Assembly: GCF_006345805.1 (NCBI RefSeq)
Contig: NC_043012.1
Location: forward strand, 19,034,001 to 19,098,000
Reading direction: 5' to 3'
DNA: 64,000 nucleotides
DNA from: Octopus sinensis
Lineage: Eukaryota
Of the stretch, positions 13,971 to 28,100 are shown one piece after another. The notes beneath the pieces were generated by a model. It made no database searches, had not been told where the DNA came from, and was given only the letters and a program-made list of their open reading frames with translations. Position 1 is the first letter of the stretch. Every line of letters starts with the position of its first letter. The position numbers and the translations under genes are program-made.

Positions 13971-15030
13971 GTATATATGTATATGTATATATATGTATAT
14001 GTATATATATATTCCCGTATATGGACACATATGTATGTTCTTGTGTTTCTGTGAGACAAAAGAAAAGTGAGATGTGTTCACATAATGAATGCGTTCCACT
14101 GTTTTGTATACTGTAGATAATAATTCCTTGAGCATATATAAAATTTTATACTCGTAAAGTGCAAAGTTGTAATCGATAGGAAAAAATGCTTTTCATTTCT
14201 GCCATAGGCGATTCAAACTATTGTTTAAAAAATAGTTCTTTATATTCATGTTCATGTTATGGAAACAAGTAAATATTTGACTAGGACTGGAATGAAACAA
14301 GTAAATATAGAAGAAACATTATGTTATCTAAATTAATACTTTTATAATGGATTGTGTATAGAAACTGAGAAAAAAGACAGTAGTTGATTATAAAGTAGGA
14401 ATATGGGAAATAATGAACGTTGCTGTACTATAACGATTTTTCGTATTTCTTTAAACATGCAGGAAATTAGTTTCATGGAAATATGTACTGCAGAGAAAAA
14501 AAAACTTTAAGGTGAATGGGTATTCTTATAGTTGTTCTCACGAGTTCATATATGTAAGCATACATATGTACACACGCCCCCCACACACACACAGAGATAC
14601 AAGCCCACATACGTAAGTGTGTGTGTATACATAAAACGAGAGATAGAAAAGTGCTTATATATACATATCTTCATGTATAAGAGAAAAGTTTTCTTTTTAA
14701 GATATTGCGGATAAATGTAGAATACGCTGATGAATATGCTGTAAATCATGAATATGCTGTATTCGGAAAAGCGCCATCTTTGAGAATGATTCGTGGTCGA
14801 AAATATTTATGTCATTCTAAAAGGCATTCGTAATTCCTTGTACGTATAAAATGAAATTGTGTCGCGTTATCTATTTTCTGAGTGTATTCTTTTCATTATT
14901 GTCTTAATAAAATATTAGGTATGAATTTCCATCTACGGGAACTTATATTTCCTTTTGAATTATTGCACCGTTTAATTTTTAGAATTATTTGCTCTATGAA
15001 TATAGTTCTATATTTAAGAGATGGGGAATA

Positions 15031-15500
15031 ATGTACATTATTTACATTTTTTACAGTTCACGGATATTTGTCCTCATCGTGTTTCTTGTTAGCACAGGTT
15101 TTGTCTGATATACTCTCCAGCCTTCATCAGATGTTCTCATTCCTACGGTAGTTTTCGATGTTGCTGCTGCTGTTGTTGTTGTTATTATTAGTATTATTAT
15201 TATTATATTATTATTATTATTGTTATTATTATTATTATTACTATTACTATTATCATCATCATCATTATCATTATTATTATTATTCAGGCCACTGCCTGTA
15301 ATCGAACTAAGGATCTTGGAGTTAGTAGCCCGCGCTCTTAACTACTACGCCATATGCCCGATGTAAATATAATAATACCTTTGCAATGAGAACAACTGAT
15401 GAAGATTGGAGGGTATATCTGTTGGAGGGCATTAACTCGTTGTGTTAACAACAAACAAGATGAGGACAAATATCCGTCAACTGTAAGGAAGGTAAATAAT
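15031..15500 (-). mobile_element. Composite element copy 1: tRNA-like head + (AAT)n + PLE-type hammerhead tail, with an inverted tail copy upstream
   Basis: Arms 15051-15130 and 15396-15486 are inverted repeats. The head at 15359-15285 has an A box TGGCGTAGTAG and a B-box-like GTTCGATTAC. Both arms contain CTGATGA. A second copy lies at 53351-53618. Confidence 0.8.
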
Positions 15501-16843
15501 TACTCTAAGAAAAACCTGAGAAAATAAAGTTATAAAATTCGACATTATCAACTTCTTTAATGTATGCATTCAGTTAGACATTTATTACATCACATTTTCG
15601 AAAACTATTCATAGTATCACTGGAAATAATACCCTCTTTAATTTCCCATATATTTTACTGATATAATGACGATTTTAAAAAAAATATATCTTTAAAAGGC
15701 AAACACTAATTATTGAATACCGATGTATATCATAATGAAATATGAATCACTGATTACAATATGAGTGCAACAATATATTCTAAAGGGATTGGCGTCGAAA
15801 TCCCAAGTTGAAAATGAAACCGTTCAGATTGTCTCATCAAATAAACCTGAAGCACTTTTTTATTACATATACTGCTGTTATGTTATATTTTATTTGTCAT
15901 TTAATTGCGTTTCATGTAGTCATTAATTATTGATAACAAGTCTCTTAGAGTTTAAGCAAATATATTTTACATCAGAAATTCTTTCAGGCATAATGTCCTT
16001 GTGTCTTATTCATCCGACTACAAAAAAGAACACTTTCACAAGCATTAGTTATATTTCACAATTCTCTGGACCAACGTCACATGTAAGGTACGCACCGTCA
16101 GCTGATTAACTTTTAACAGATTAGAAGATTAATTTATAATTTAAGTTATAAAATACCTATTTCAAATGGACTGAAGATCAGGTACATGCGGGTTCGGCGT
16201 ATATGATTTTACCACTCTAAACTCGCAAAAACACAACGCCCCCCCCCAAATAATTATATATGAGGTATGGTCATACAATATAAAGTCTAGGAATACGACA
16301 ACAGCTAAAGCCATTGTATCTGTAATATATTTTTTTTGTTTTTATCATTTCCATTGTAAATTGAAACTCTAAGGAATCAATCTTTATCTATACATCATAA
16401 TATATTCATGGTTATATTTCTACTGTCGCTGAACAAATGTTTTTGTCTTTGTAAAGTCTAATATTATATAAAGGCAGAGATATCAAGGTATAGCGAAAGG
16501 ACAGAAATTCAGTCGTCAAACACCAGATTTGTGAGTGGTCACTTAACATTTCAAGAAGCAATGTTCTACTATCTGTTTAAGAAATCGTATCTCCCGGAAG
16601 GTACTTTTATGCAAGATAATTGATATATATACACGCATACAAATTCACGCATACTTACGCACACACACATAGACAAACACACATATATGGGTATGTATAT
16701 ATATATGTAGATACACATGTTAATGTATATATATATATATATATATATATATCTACATATATATATATGTATTTGTATGTGTATGTAGGCTTTTAAGTGT
16801 ATAAACTATTTTATGTATGTAATTATACGTAAATACATGAACG

Positions 16844-16907
<64 letters not shown>

Positions 16908-17857
16908 GTGCGCACTAACACATGCACAAACACACGAACACACACTCAAACACACATACACACAGGCACACACACACACATATATATATACAAGCGTATA
17001 CACCTAGACGCATACATTGAACAGTTAATGTCTGCTATTTGATATGGAATTCGCGTAATGCTGAAACGTTGTAATAATTCCCTTCATACTCTACAAGAAT
17101 AAATTTTCTTCTCTTCTGAAAGGTTTTTAATATATTCCGTGTAATTTTCTTCCATTTATTTCCTTTTTTTTTCTTAAATCTCCATGTATGTTTTATCGAT
17201 TTTTCTCTATGTCGTAGTTCAGCAGGTGTTTCAAATAAGGCCTACAATACATACGAAGAGTTGCTTTCTTTTAACGGATATTTTTTTCTTATTTTCCTTG
17301 TTACTGTTTCATTGGTTATATACCTCTCCCCGAAAATAATAAACGCGAAAAACATATTTCTACTTTGCTACTCGAGAGAATCAATGAATTGCATTTGCAA
17401 CAATATTTAATTGATTTTACTACCTTCTTTCAATTTCCTATGCTACTTTGCAAGCATTATCTCTTTCTTTCTATTTTAATGCTCTGGTCGCTGACGAAAA
17501 ATCTTAGAGAATTGTCTCAGGTATTTTTTTTTACCTAAATTGTAGTCCAGGTATATGCTGTTTTAAATAACATTTCCGATACTCGAACATTAAAAAGGAA
17601 AAAAAAATATATTAATTTGTAAATTCGATATATCTAGATATTTTCTCAAGATGCTCATTGAGAAATAGAGAAATATACACGGATAAATACTGAGGCCGAT
17701 ATAGACACACGCACACACACACGTATGTATATAAAAATGTGCGCTCCATTATACATCCATGCATGTGTGTAAGTGAGCGTATATCTAGAAATATATATAT
17801 ATATAAATGCATATTAATATATACTTACGTGTATGTATCTATCTATCTATCTATCTA

Positions 17858-17913
<56 letters not shown>

Positions 17914-18110
17914 CGTGTGTGTGCGTATGTATGTATATATATATATACTCATGTATAAATAAATATTCCTATTTTTGTGCGTGTGCCTGTGTGCGAGCGC
18001 GTGTGTGTACACGTGTATTTGTAATAGCAACAACACTCTGTTTACTGGATAGTTCTATCCCTGACATGGACAATAACATTTTCTAATTGAGAATCATATG
18101 ATCATATTTA

Positions 18111-18286
18111 TTATTTTTTTATCAATATTGTATTTATTTGATTCAGTTGTTTAAAGTTTGTCCGCTCCGTGGCTGTTTTTTTTATGAAGGTGACATTTCC
18201 AATAATATCATCTTTTGTTTTGTTGAAAAGATCTGTCATAAATGAGTTTAATGAAGCGTGATGGTAAATGATTTCTGTTGTTCAGT
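18111..18286. repeat. ~175-bp interspersed repeat, direct copy of 22075-22248
   Basis: ATCAATATTGTATTTATTTGATTCAGTTG...GATTTCTGTTGTTCAGT is present twice, with roughly nine substitutions. Confidence 0.9.
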
Positions 18287-18869
18287 GTGAAAATATAATT
18301 ATTTGTAACATAAACACGGCATCAAATGTTCCGATGGACCTTTTGTTTAGAGTACAAAACTACAATATTTGAACGTTCCTCCGATTTATTGAAAGAGGGA
18401 AAGAAAACTTGACCTTCGTATTATTTATAGTATGAAGTCTAAACAGGTAGTTCAAATACTGAAAGTCATTTTGTACGACACTCTAACGTTTCTGCAAATA
18501 TATGATCGGATGTGGCAATTGAAAAGCATAGCTATTTCCCATATGAGGTTAATTGGTGTCTGAAAGTTGTTATTGATTATACATCAGGTCGTCGTAACGA
18601 ATAATTAGTCATGATCGAGACAATAGCAATAATCAATAAGAAGATTTAAGGATCTTGTATTAATTAGTTGATTTTGTCTAGCGTGGAACTTGGTGATATC
18701 TGTTCAGATGTTAAACATCAGTGCATGTTTATAACATGTTTGTATGTGTGTAGGTGGGCGCATGTGATTGGGCATTCAGAACCTGTATATGACGAATTTT
18801 TTCTTTTGTATATTACTCAAAACTATTGGTCACAGATCAAAACGCATATTAATATATATTTCCTAAGAC

Positions 18870-19046
18870 ATCAGGCTTATCGGCATTTCGTCGGTCTTTA
18901 CGTTCTCATTTCAAATTCCGCCGATGTAGACTATCAGTTTCATCCTCTACGGGTCCAAGAAATAAGTACGAGCTCAATACTTGGGTCAACGTAATCGATT
19001 TACTGCCTCCCCCAAATTACTGGCCTTGTGTCAAAATTTGAAATCA
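18870..19046 (+). mobile_element. tRNA-derived SINE, family C (Nin/Deu-like core)
   Basis: TTCAAATTCCGCC...TTTCATCCT...AATAAGTAC...GTAATCGATTTAC...GGCCTTGTGTCAAAATTTGAAATC. The same motifs are inverted at 36512-36717 and 52988-53100. Confidence 0.75.
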
Positions 19047-20144
19047 TATGTTCTTTTCAGAGATTCATATTTCAATACTTTTGGATTCGTCTACTTTCTT
19101 TCTACTTTCAAATTCTTCTACTCTATACTTGGTTGCATATACTCATTTGGGTTTTTAAATGCTAGAACTAAAACTACAAGGTAGTAGAAACTTAATAATT
19201 TAAAACCATCGTTTTTTGTATATCTTATACTAAAACGTATCACTAAAATGCATGACGTTTATTGAAATAATAAAGTAATTTTACTTAATCCAGTGACACA
19301 ACCAGCTTTGCATTTGTTATAATTTAATTACCGTCACCCAGTTAATAAGAAGATTATATTACGGTTCTTAATTTAATAACCATATCGCTAAATATTATGT
19401 AATTTTAATGTTTTACAATTTCACGTAGATTATATCCACTTAAGCTGAAAATGCTACGAAGTGCAACATGTATGTTTTACGCTGAAAAAATCGAACGGGA
19501 AAATTCATATCCATTGTTACCCTGTTTCATGCACCACTCCATACATATGTATTCATGCACAAATCCATAAAAAAATTCCCATTCATGATTGCTTTTGTTT
19601 TTCTTTATAAAAAAAATCATTTTTGAAATATTTATATTGTTTTCTTCTAATCACGCCAAAGACAATTTTGTTCATGATTTTTTTTTTCATTTTTTGTCTC
19701 TTCTATATTTCAGAACATGCTACTGACACATTTCCTCAACTTATTTCACTGATTGCTCATTTTACAATCGTTACAAAACATGAAAACATAAGTATATGAT
19801 ATGTATGTGCGGTGCGTCTGTTTCCTAAACATTTGGCCAGAGTTCAGTGTTTCATATAAAATTATCAACTTATTGGTTACAGTCAGTACACTTTACTTTT
19901 TACATGCCTTGAAAGATGTTAGCCGAACAAATCCACACCAGAATTTACATAATAATATAAACATATATTATTATATAATTTAGTGCACCCGAAGGACACA
20001 CAAAATATGCATGAATTTCTTTCCATATAGTAGCACGGAGAGCCTGTGTCTGTCTCGGGCTGAAAGTTTATTTCTAATCAATAGAATCTCAAAAAACGAG
20101 TAAAAAAGATAAAAATAGAGAAACACTCATTCGTTAATTCCCAG

Positions 20145-20181
20145 GAGGAGGAACACAGACTAAAATATCACCAACACAATA
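20145..20181 (+). CDS. Candidate small internal exon (37 nt)
   Basis: CATTCGTTAATTCCCAG|GAGGAGGAACAC...CAATA|GTAAGT. Two frames are open (EEEHRLKYHQHN or GGTQTKISPTQ). Confidence 0.25.
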
Positions 20182-20659
20182 GTAAGTAGATCAAGTATCA
20201 TTAAAACTGTAACACACATGAAAAATTCAATTTACATCTGAGCGCAGATGAGTCTTAATGGGTGTGTGCACACGTATATTCACATATATATATGTATATA
20301 TAGATATAGACATATCCAAACGTTTACATGCATACATACATATACTGAGACGGGCTGGGAGACTTGCAGCGAGAGAGAGTGAACATTGGTAAATCAAATT
20401 ATGCTGGAATCATGGATATATCCAAATGTTATTTTATGTGAATTTTGTAAAGGCATAAATTAGTTTATTATAAATGTGAATGTGATTTTGGTCGAGGCAT
20501 AGGATTAATGGCGAATAGAGGAACAAATATAATTGAGTCAGTTTCGCAATATCTGTCGACGAAATATGTGTTTCGCTTTGAATAACTTTCATGAAACTAA
20601 GTATTACAACTGAATAAAAAGTGTACACATAAACCTATATATATCTGTACACTTGTCTA

Positions 20660-20808
<149 letters not shown>

Positions 20809-20830
20809 ATAAATATATATATATAAATAT

Positions 20831-21329
20831 AAAATAAATATAAGAGAGTGGTCACTATATGGCTCACTCTAGCACCAGTTAATCCAAAAGGTTTCAACCA
20901 CAAAAATACATGTTTCCCATGAAAGTCAGTACGATTGTTAGCTCACACGGACAGGGCAAATAAAAAATAACAATGGCGCGCTGTTAGTTGGGGCATTTGA
21001 ATTATAACGTCGGATATAATCAATTGAACCACACGCGTATTTATCGTTATGGTAAAATCTGGCGTGTGATTGAGTGGATTTCATCCAGATAGTTTTGGCT
21101 GACGAGCTACAAGTGGATTTTTTTGTAAGTAAAATTACATTTAATTCATTAATAGCGAAACAATTGTCCCAAAATAATCTGTATTGTTGTTATTTTTTAT
21201 TTGCCCTGTCCGTGTGAGCTAACAATCGTACTGACTTTCATGGGAAACATGTATTTTTGTGGTTGAAACCTTTTGGATTAACTGGTGCTAGAGTGAGCCA
21301 TATAGTGACCACTCTCTTATATTTATTTT
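20831..21329. repeat. Perfect 143-bp inverted repeat with a 213-bp spacer
   Basis: 20831-20973 is the exact reverse complement of 21187-21329, checked base by base. Confidence 0.95.
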
Positions 21330-21455
21330 GTAAAAATATTATAATATATTATAAAATATTATAATAATCCAGGTTTCTCGGAGCACTAGGCCACTTGGTG
21401 TTGAATAGATATACTATTAAATTAGTATCTAATTCTCTCACCCTTATTAATTAAT

Positions 21456-21493
<38 letters not shown>

Positions 21494-21849
21494 TAAATAG
21501 AGAGAAAGACGTACATAGGTTCATAAATGCCAATACATTCATAAATATACACACACACAAATAGTTGTATGTATACATGTATATGCAATTCGTTTCAATA
21601 TTTAATGTTCGTGCGACCACCTATGTCGTTTATTTCCGTTCCTGATCTCCCCGTTTGCTCACTATTCCTCGTAGGCTGTCGCCGCTGACGCCACCAAAAT
21701 TGAAAAATATTATCGCCAAAGACATGAAATTGTAATGATTTTTGGGGAGGATGAAGGAAGAAGAATGGGAAAGTGCATGTCTTGTGCGTGAATTTGTCGT
21801 TCGTTTCTTTGTCGCGCTTCTTATTTAATTATTGAAACTTATTATTCAA

Positions 21850-22500
21850 TGTAAATCTACTCACCCATCTGTTCGTCACCTTACAAATTAGAGAATTTCT
21901 CTGCGACGTCACTCCCTTTCTCTTTTCTCTCCCTCACTCACAAACGTATCTCTCTCTTGCTTTCTGTCTCTCTGCAGTCAGCCACATTTTTCTATCTCCT
22001 GCCACTGCTACGGGACCCGTGACCATTCTTCTGTCGCAGTCGTACTGCTTCCGTTTGGGCGTCCAATTGGGCGTTTATTTTTTTATCAATATTGTATTTA
22101 TTTGATTCAGTTGTTTAACATTTGTCCGCTCCGTGGCTGTTTTTTATGAACGTGACACTTCCAATAATATCGTCTTTTGTTTTGTTGAAATGGTCTGTCA
22201 TAAATGAGTTTAATCAAGCGTGATGCTAAATGATTTCTGTTGTTCAGTCATGCTTCCGTCAAGCTCTTGCTTCCTTCACTACTTTCAACGGTAAGTTTGT
22301 TTTTTCACCGTTCGTTTTTTCCCATTTCGTTTATATTTCCATGTATCCACTTTCCGTTTCCAGGACTTTAAGACATTCTCCGTTACGTTACTTATACACA
22401 CATTTTATTCTATATTTGTTTCAGAGCCGTACGTCCTTATTTTGTGTGTATATTGTATATTTTTCGTTTGAATATTCATATTTGTACAACTAGAGGTATT
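21850..22500. repeat. CpG-containing unclassified repeat region that includes the second copy of the 175-bp repeat
   Basis: CpG content is higher than the flanks, and 22075-22248 matches 18111-18286. Class not determined. Confidence 0.4.
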
Positions 22501-25098
22501 GTTTGTGTTCGTTATCGTTCTCAACGTCAGCCCAAAATTCATAGCAGTCCCTTGTGATTCAGTACATATCCGAACAGGATTTATTTTTATCGCCGTTCAA
22601 CATAAATTCCTGGGATAACAGAAAGAGTACCTTTGGCAACTTTTGAGTATTTTTGGAGGACAGGGGAAATGAGGCTGCATATTTCCTGGTTGTAGTGCGT
22701 GATTTTAGATGCTATGCTGTCCAGGCACCTATGGCTGACGCTCACGTTGTATTATCAAATATTTCATTGGAGGAATATGTTGGTGCGAAATGATGTCATA
22801 TTAAATCGGATGAATACCTGACTGGGATAGACCTCTTACTAGCCTCTTGCAAAATTCAGCTAATCTCGGGTAAATATATATTCCGAGTAGAGATCAAGAA
22901 ACTGCATATTTGAACTGGAACAGCGATAAAATAAGTCAAAACCTTTTTTTGTATTCGTAGTAGGGTGTCGTAATTTTCTGCCTCCCAAGTGTAGTGAATC
23001 ACAGATTGTTCTACTTAGGATATATAACTAATGATGGTATTCCCCCCAAAATATGATAAAAAGAGTTACGAAATGTACAGGACTATCAAATTATTGCAGA
23101 AGTGTTAAAGAAATATATATACGAATAGCTGGAGACATAGATTTACTAAATGTTAAGGAAGTATTTATCAAACCGAATAATAAATTGTATACAGCAATTC
23201 AACAATAATACATATTGCCGATAGCGTTTTCATTCTGCTCGGTTTATTAGGATAAGTGCTGTGTTATTTTTAAAACAATTAATATCCTAAAATGTTAGGT
23301 TATTACAGTATTTTGAACCTATTAACTAAGATGTCATCTATATTGATTCAATGAGAAATATTAACAATGATTATGAAATTTATCGGAAATACTTAAATCC
23401 GAAAGATAATTGATATATAATATAGTGTAATATCATAATGCGATACATATGATCGTTATGAAAGTGTCGTTAAATATAACACTTTATAAAATATTCATAT
23501 ATTATGAAAGTAAATTACTTCCTTATTAGGACCGCGTTCTCTATGATGATATGTGCTTCGATGAACACAACCCCATTCCAGAAACAAAATCAGAATCAAA
23601 ATTGCTCACAGGAAATATATGACTGAACATCGAATAGGCACTTTTGTACATATTATGACTCCTGCAGAATCACACTGATCCTAACGTTTAGCAGCAATAA
23701 ATTCTCAATCAATGCATCAATTAAATGCATGTAATTAATAATTGATATTTCGATATTTCTATATTGATTACTCTTTCAATACAATACTAAATCGAAAGTT
23801 AAATTATTTATTTATATGTCACATAATTTCAAATATAGAAATTTTATTATCCACGAGTTTAATAACTACTGTATAATCCTTCGTTTGGTGTTCGTTATAA
23901 TGCATCTCTTCTTTCCTAAATATATATTTGGTTACAATTCCTCAAGAAATCATTGTAACTAGTGTCATTATATAACACAAACTAAATGCAATTCGGCAGT
24001 TATATTCCACTGAATGTAATGGAATTAACACTCTTCACATATAATTTTCTAACAAAAGCCATATTTTTATGTAAATTTTATTTTACATAAAATCCATATA
24101 AACTTCTGCGATAAGGTGTTTATCAGTGCCCTGAATAATGTCGGGAAGTTGGAAATTAATGCGTGAATGTTTAAGTGAATGTATCTCAACGAGCAGTCGA
24201 AGCGTCATAACCAATACATGCTAAATAAGAATGTGTTATTGCTCTGAACAATAATCCTGATTATAGATAAGTTTTTCTTCTGATACAATTGCATATGTGT
24301 AAATAATAATATACCGACTAACATTTTAATTTCATCATGTTTTGCAAGTACGGAAGGGACTAATTAAAAGCAGTGATTTAGGCTTTGCTGCATGCATTTG
24401 TTTTAGAAAGCTCATAGTTGCTCAATGTCATAATGTTTAGATTGAATTCAGTCTGTAGTCTAAGCAACTGGATTTATTTTCATGTTCTCTTATAAAAGTA
24501 TCCTACAAATTCTAATGATGGTAATGGTAGCCTGTCGTGTCCGAGAAACGTGGCTCTGCAGTTCCTTGCTGAGCAACAAACAACCAGAATTGATTTCTCT
24601 CACGACGTACCAAAGGACGGGTGTCGAAGGGATTTCTCAGGAAAATAAGCTAAAGTGTTTTGTTCAAATTCACATTACACCGATCATCAAGGGATTGAAA
24701 TCACTAGGCCAAACGCCCCCACACAAATATATATTTAAATATATAATTGCATTTCATCATAAAGCATTCTTTTTGCATCCAGAATATATCTTCGCCTATT
24801 TAAAAACTGTTTAAATTATTCTACTGACAAGCATATGTACATTATTAGAAAATGAAGTGAAATTGATCAGCGAGCACCTACCTTTGCAAACTTAATTTAG
24901 TATCATATAATAAACACATATGACGCAATATTCAGTTAGATTTTATCAAATCCATTTGCTGGGGAAGTTAGTAGAATGAAGGCGTCTGAAAAATATCTTT
25001 AATCTTCAACTTAACTTTGCTTGTTTTATTTTACGTTGATTGCTAGAAATTTGAATATTTGAATAAGAGCAGTTAAAAGTAGCTTTTAATAGTTATGC

Positions 25099-25140
<42 letters not shown>

Positions 25141-28100
25141 CACATAAAATCATTGTAATAGATGTTACTATATAAATTATTATCTGAATCTAGTTTTAAG
25201 GGAACCTTGAAGCTATGAAGGAGAATTTTCAGTGGTTCCTGACGTGTCCCGCATTGTATTTCAATTCCACAATGCTCTATTGAAAATGAAATTGAATAAT
25301 GAAATACGTAGGGCCATGCCAATAATACGTGGAAAACGATTGGATGTTCAACATTGCAACATATTTAATCAATTTGTGCAATCAGGGTTGACATAAATTA
25401 GTTAAACTTAAGTTTATCCAGCAACAGCAGGGATATCCAGCTCCCAAACGCCATATCAGAAGAGAAATTTAGTGATAATTGTTAGATAACGCTACATTTC
25501 ATCTTACATAATCATAGATAATAAATAAACAAGCTTGTTCTTGCCTTTAAACCGAATACACACTGACATAATGCTGTATGAATGAAGTGGTTTGTAATTG
25601 ATATTCCAAAATATAGCACCGGAATGTGGGCAAATTTGCTGTCTATGAGAGAATAACTGTAATCTCAATATAATTAAAATCAGAATTAATCTGTGAACGT
25701 AAAATTACTCGTAAGAAATACGGACCTGGTCAGTAACAGAGTCTATATTTAACAACATTCACATTGATTAACGAACTACAAATCACCAAAAGTATATAAA
25801 ATAATAAATAGATGTAGCAATCAATGTCTATATTTGATTTCATTAGATATAACTACCACGTATATTTCACCATTAATTGAAACAAGAAGATTTGTGTTCC
25901 TGCTACGAATCGATATCTAATTTTCTAATCAGTTAAAATGTTAAGCAGATGCAATCTGCTTAAGCCAATCCGTAATGTAACTATGTATTGTATAGCCGTT
26001 ATACTTTTTTATGCTAAAACACGAAGTTAATAGAAAATACTTCTAATTTAAAAGTGCTACGAATATTACTGAAATAACGACTATAATTATTTTCTCTATG
26101 ATGTTTCACTGTAATCAGAGAAGAATAACTTTGAAATTATATGTCTTCCTTTCTGATGAAGCCATTTCGCATTTCTGTAATCACTAGAATTTAAATGTAC
26201 AATTTTGCCCTAGCATTATCAGAAAAATTTTTGATCATCACTTTTTCTTTGCATTTTGTAGCAATCTTTAAATATATCAATACTAGGTGAATAATAATTT
26301 TAAAAAGATTCTGGTAACATAATGGCTATATGTATTTGTCTCCGGAACCTTGATTTTATGCCAAAAATATATATGTATGATCAATTTGTTTTATTATATT
26401 GTCCATAAAGGTAGGTAGTTATCTGGCTGGACGACATGAATAACTATGTAGTGAAGGTATGTAATTACTAATCATATCATTTCTTCTGGATTCATACAGT
26501 GATATGATTTGTGTGAATATCTTTATAAAAATGCATGGTATAAGATGACAGGATCAAATTAACTTCTAAAAGTGTTCGTTAGGATTTTGTCTTTTAATAA
26601 CTTCTATTAAAACTTCGTTTATTTATGCTATTTGCAAGATTCTTTATACGAATTCGCATGATGTTACAAGATTTTCTGCGACTTGCGAGAGTAAATGCGC
26701 CTATATTAAAACACTAGCACTGGTTCACTACCGCTTTATTATTATACAATTCGATAAATATCTATCAAACTGATTAACTGATTGTTTGTTTAAACAGCCA
26801 ATCGTTTTGCTTTGACTTTTGCTTAGATATGTAGAAGGGTGAGAATGAGGACGAAATATATTTAACGAACAAAAACCAAAACAAAACAAAACAAAAAATG
26901 GTGATTTTTTATTAACTATTTTAAGAAACTATCAATTAGGTGGATAGATTTCTAACGAACAGACTAATAGTAAATGAGTGAAATAGAAGCGGTGTACGTG
27001 TTATGAAATTTGCCAAGACACAACAAAAATTCTATTCATATCTTTTTCTACATAAAATTCACTCTTCCCGTCTCAATTTTTTTCTTTCGTAATAATCTTA
27101 TATTTTACAGAATGAAAAAGAAAAACACTTCTTTTGTTAAAAGATGCACTAAAAAAATATTCCAGTGCAAGGTAAGCACTTTTATACCGACAGTGGATCA
27201 GACAGTGTCATATACCTTAACTATCGAATAGCATTAATGTAATAAATGTTATTACCCGTACTCTCTTCAAATACAACACTATATAAGAAGTAAATTTTAA
27301 AAAAAGCATTTGTCAAACCTGTATGCGTTATTATTAACACGGTACACAACTCTTTAAGTGGTGTTTACATCTTTGAACTGATGTATAACTTATTTATTTA
27401 TATAACTGACTCGAATTATTCTAACACTAACACATTCTCATTCATAGATAAGACTATCGAAGTAATAAAATAACACTCAAATATTAAACAACACACTTAA
27501 GTGCTGTTATATATTTTGGAGAACCTAATATTCGTAGAAATAATATGTTCTTGAAAAGTAAGCCACTGAAGACAAGGAATATAACGTCTTCTAAAATATG
27601 ACCAATTGTCATTCTCCAATGCTTACACATTTTTTCTCCCAGTCTCCCAGGAACATGATTTTTGTTGATAGTTCTTAGAAATGGTGGAATTAGATCTAGC
27701 ATCATGTACAAAAAATATTTCTAGACTGTGAATGAAATATTGCAGCGAAGATAAGATCGAAAATCCTACTCACTAAGTTTCCCGAAAGTTTTATTCCAAC
27801 CTCTACTATAAAATGAACTGATTCACTAAGAAAAAGTCTCATACATACAGCAAACCGCATTGCTGCTTAGGTTTGATCGTACGTAGATACTAAACCGCAT
27901 CGCAAAGAGAGTGGAAAATGTAGGACCTGATTCTTAAGAATCAGAAACATTTTAAAGGAAAATCACTCAAGATCTGGGTGTTTTCCTGGATTTGAAAAGC
28001 GATATTTCCTGATATTGCTTCTACCACCTCAAATTTGCTTAGGTGTCATTTCAATTTATTAACATACAACATACACATTTCACCCATGGCTGAATATCTC

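Noticed and set aside
15285-15359. Functional tRNA gene (also 53500-53572 and 985-1056)
   Set aside because: The acceptor and T stems do not pair well, and each head is embedded in a repeated element. They are SINE-type heads.
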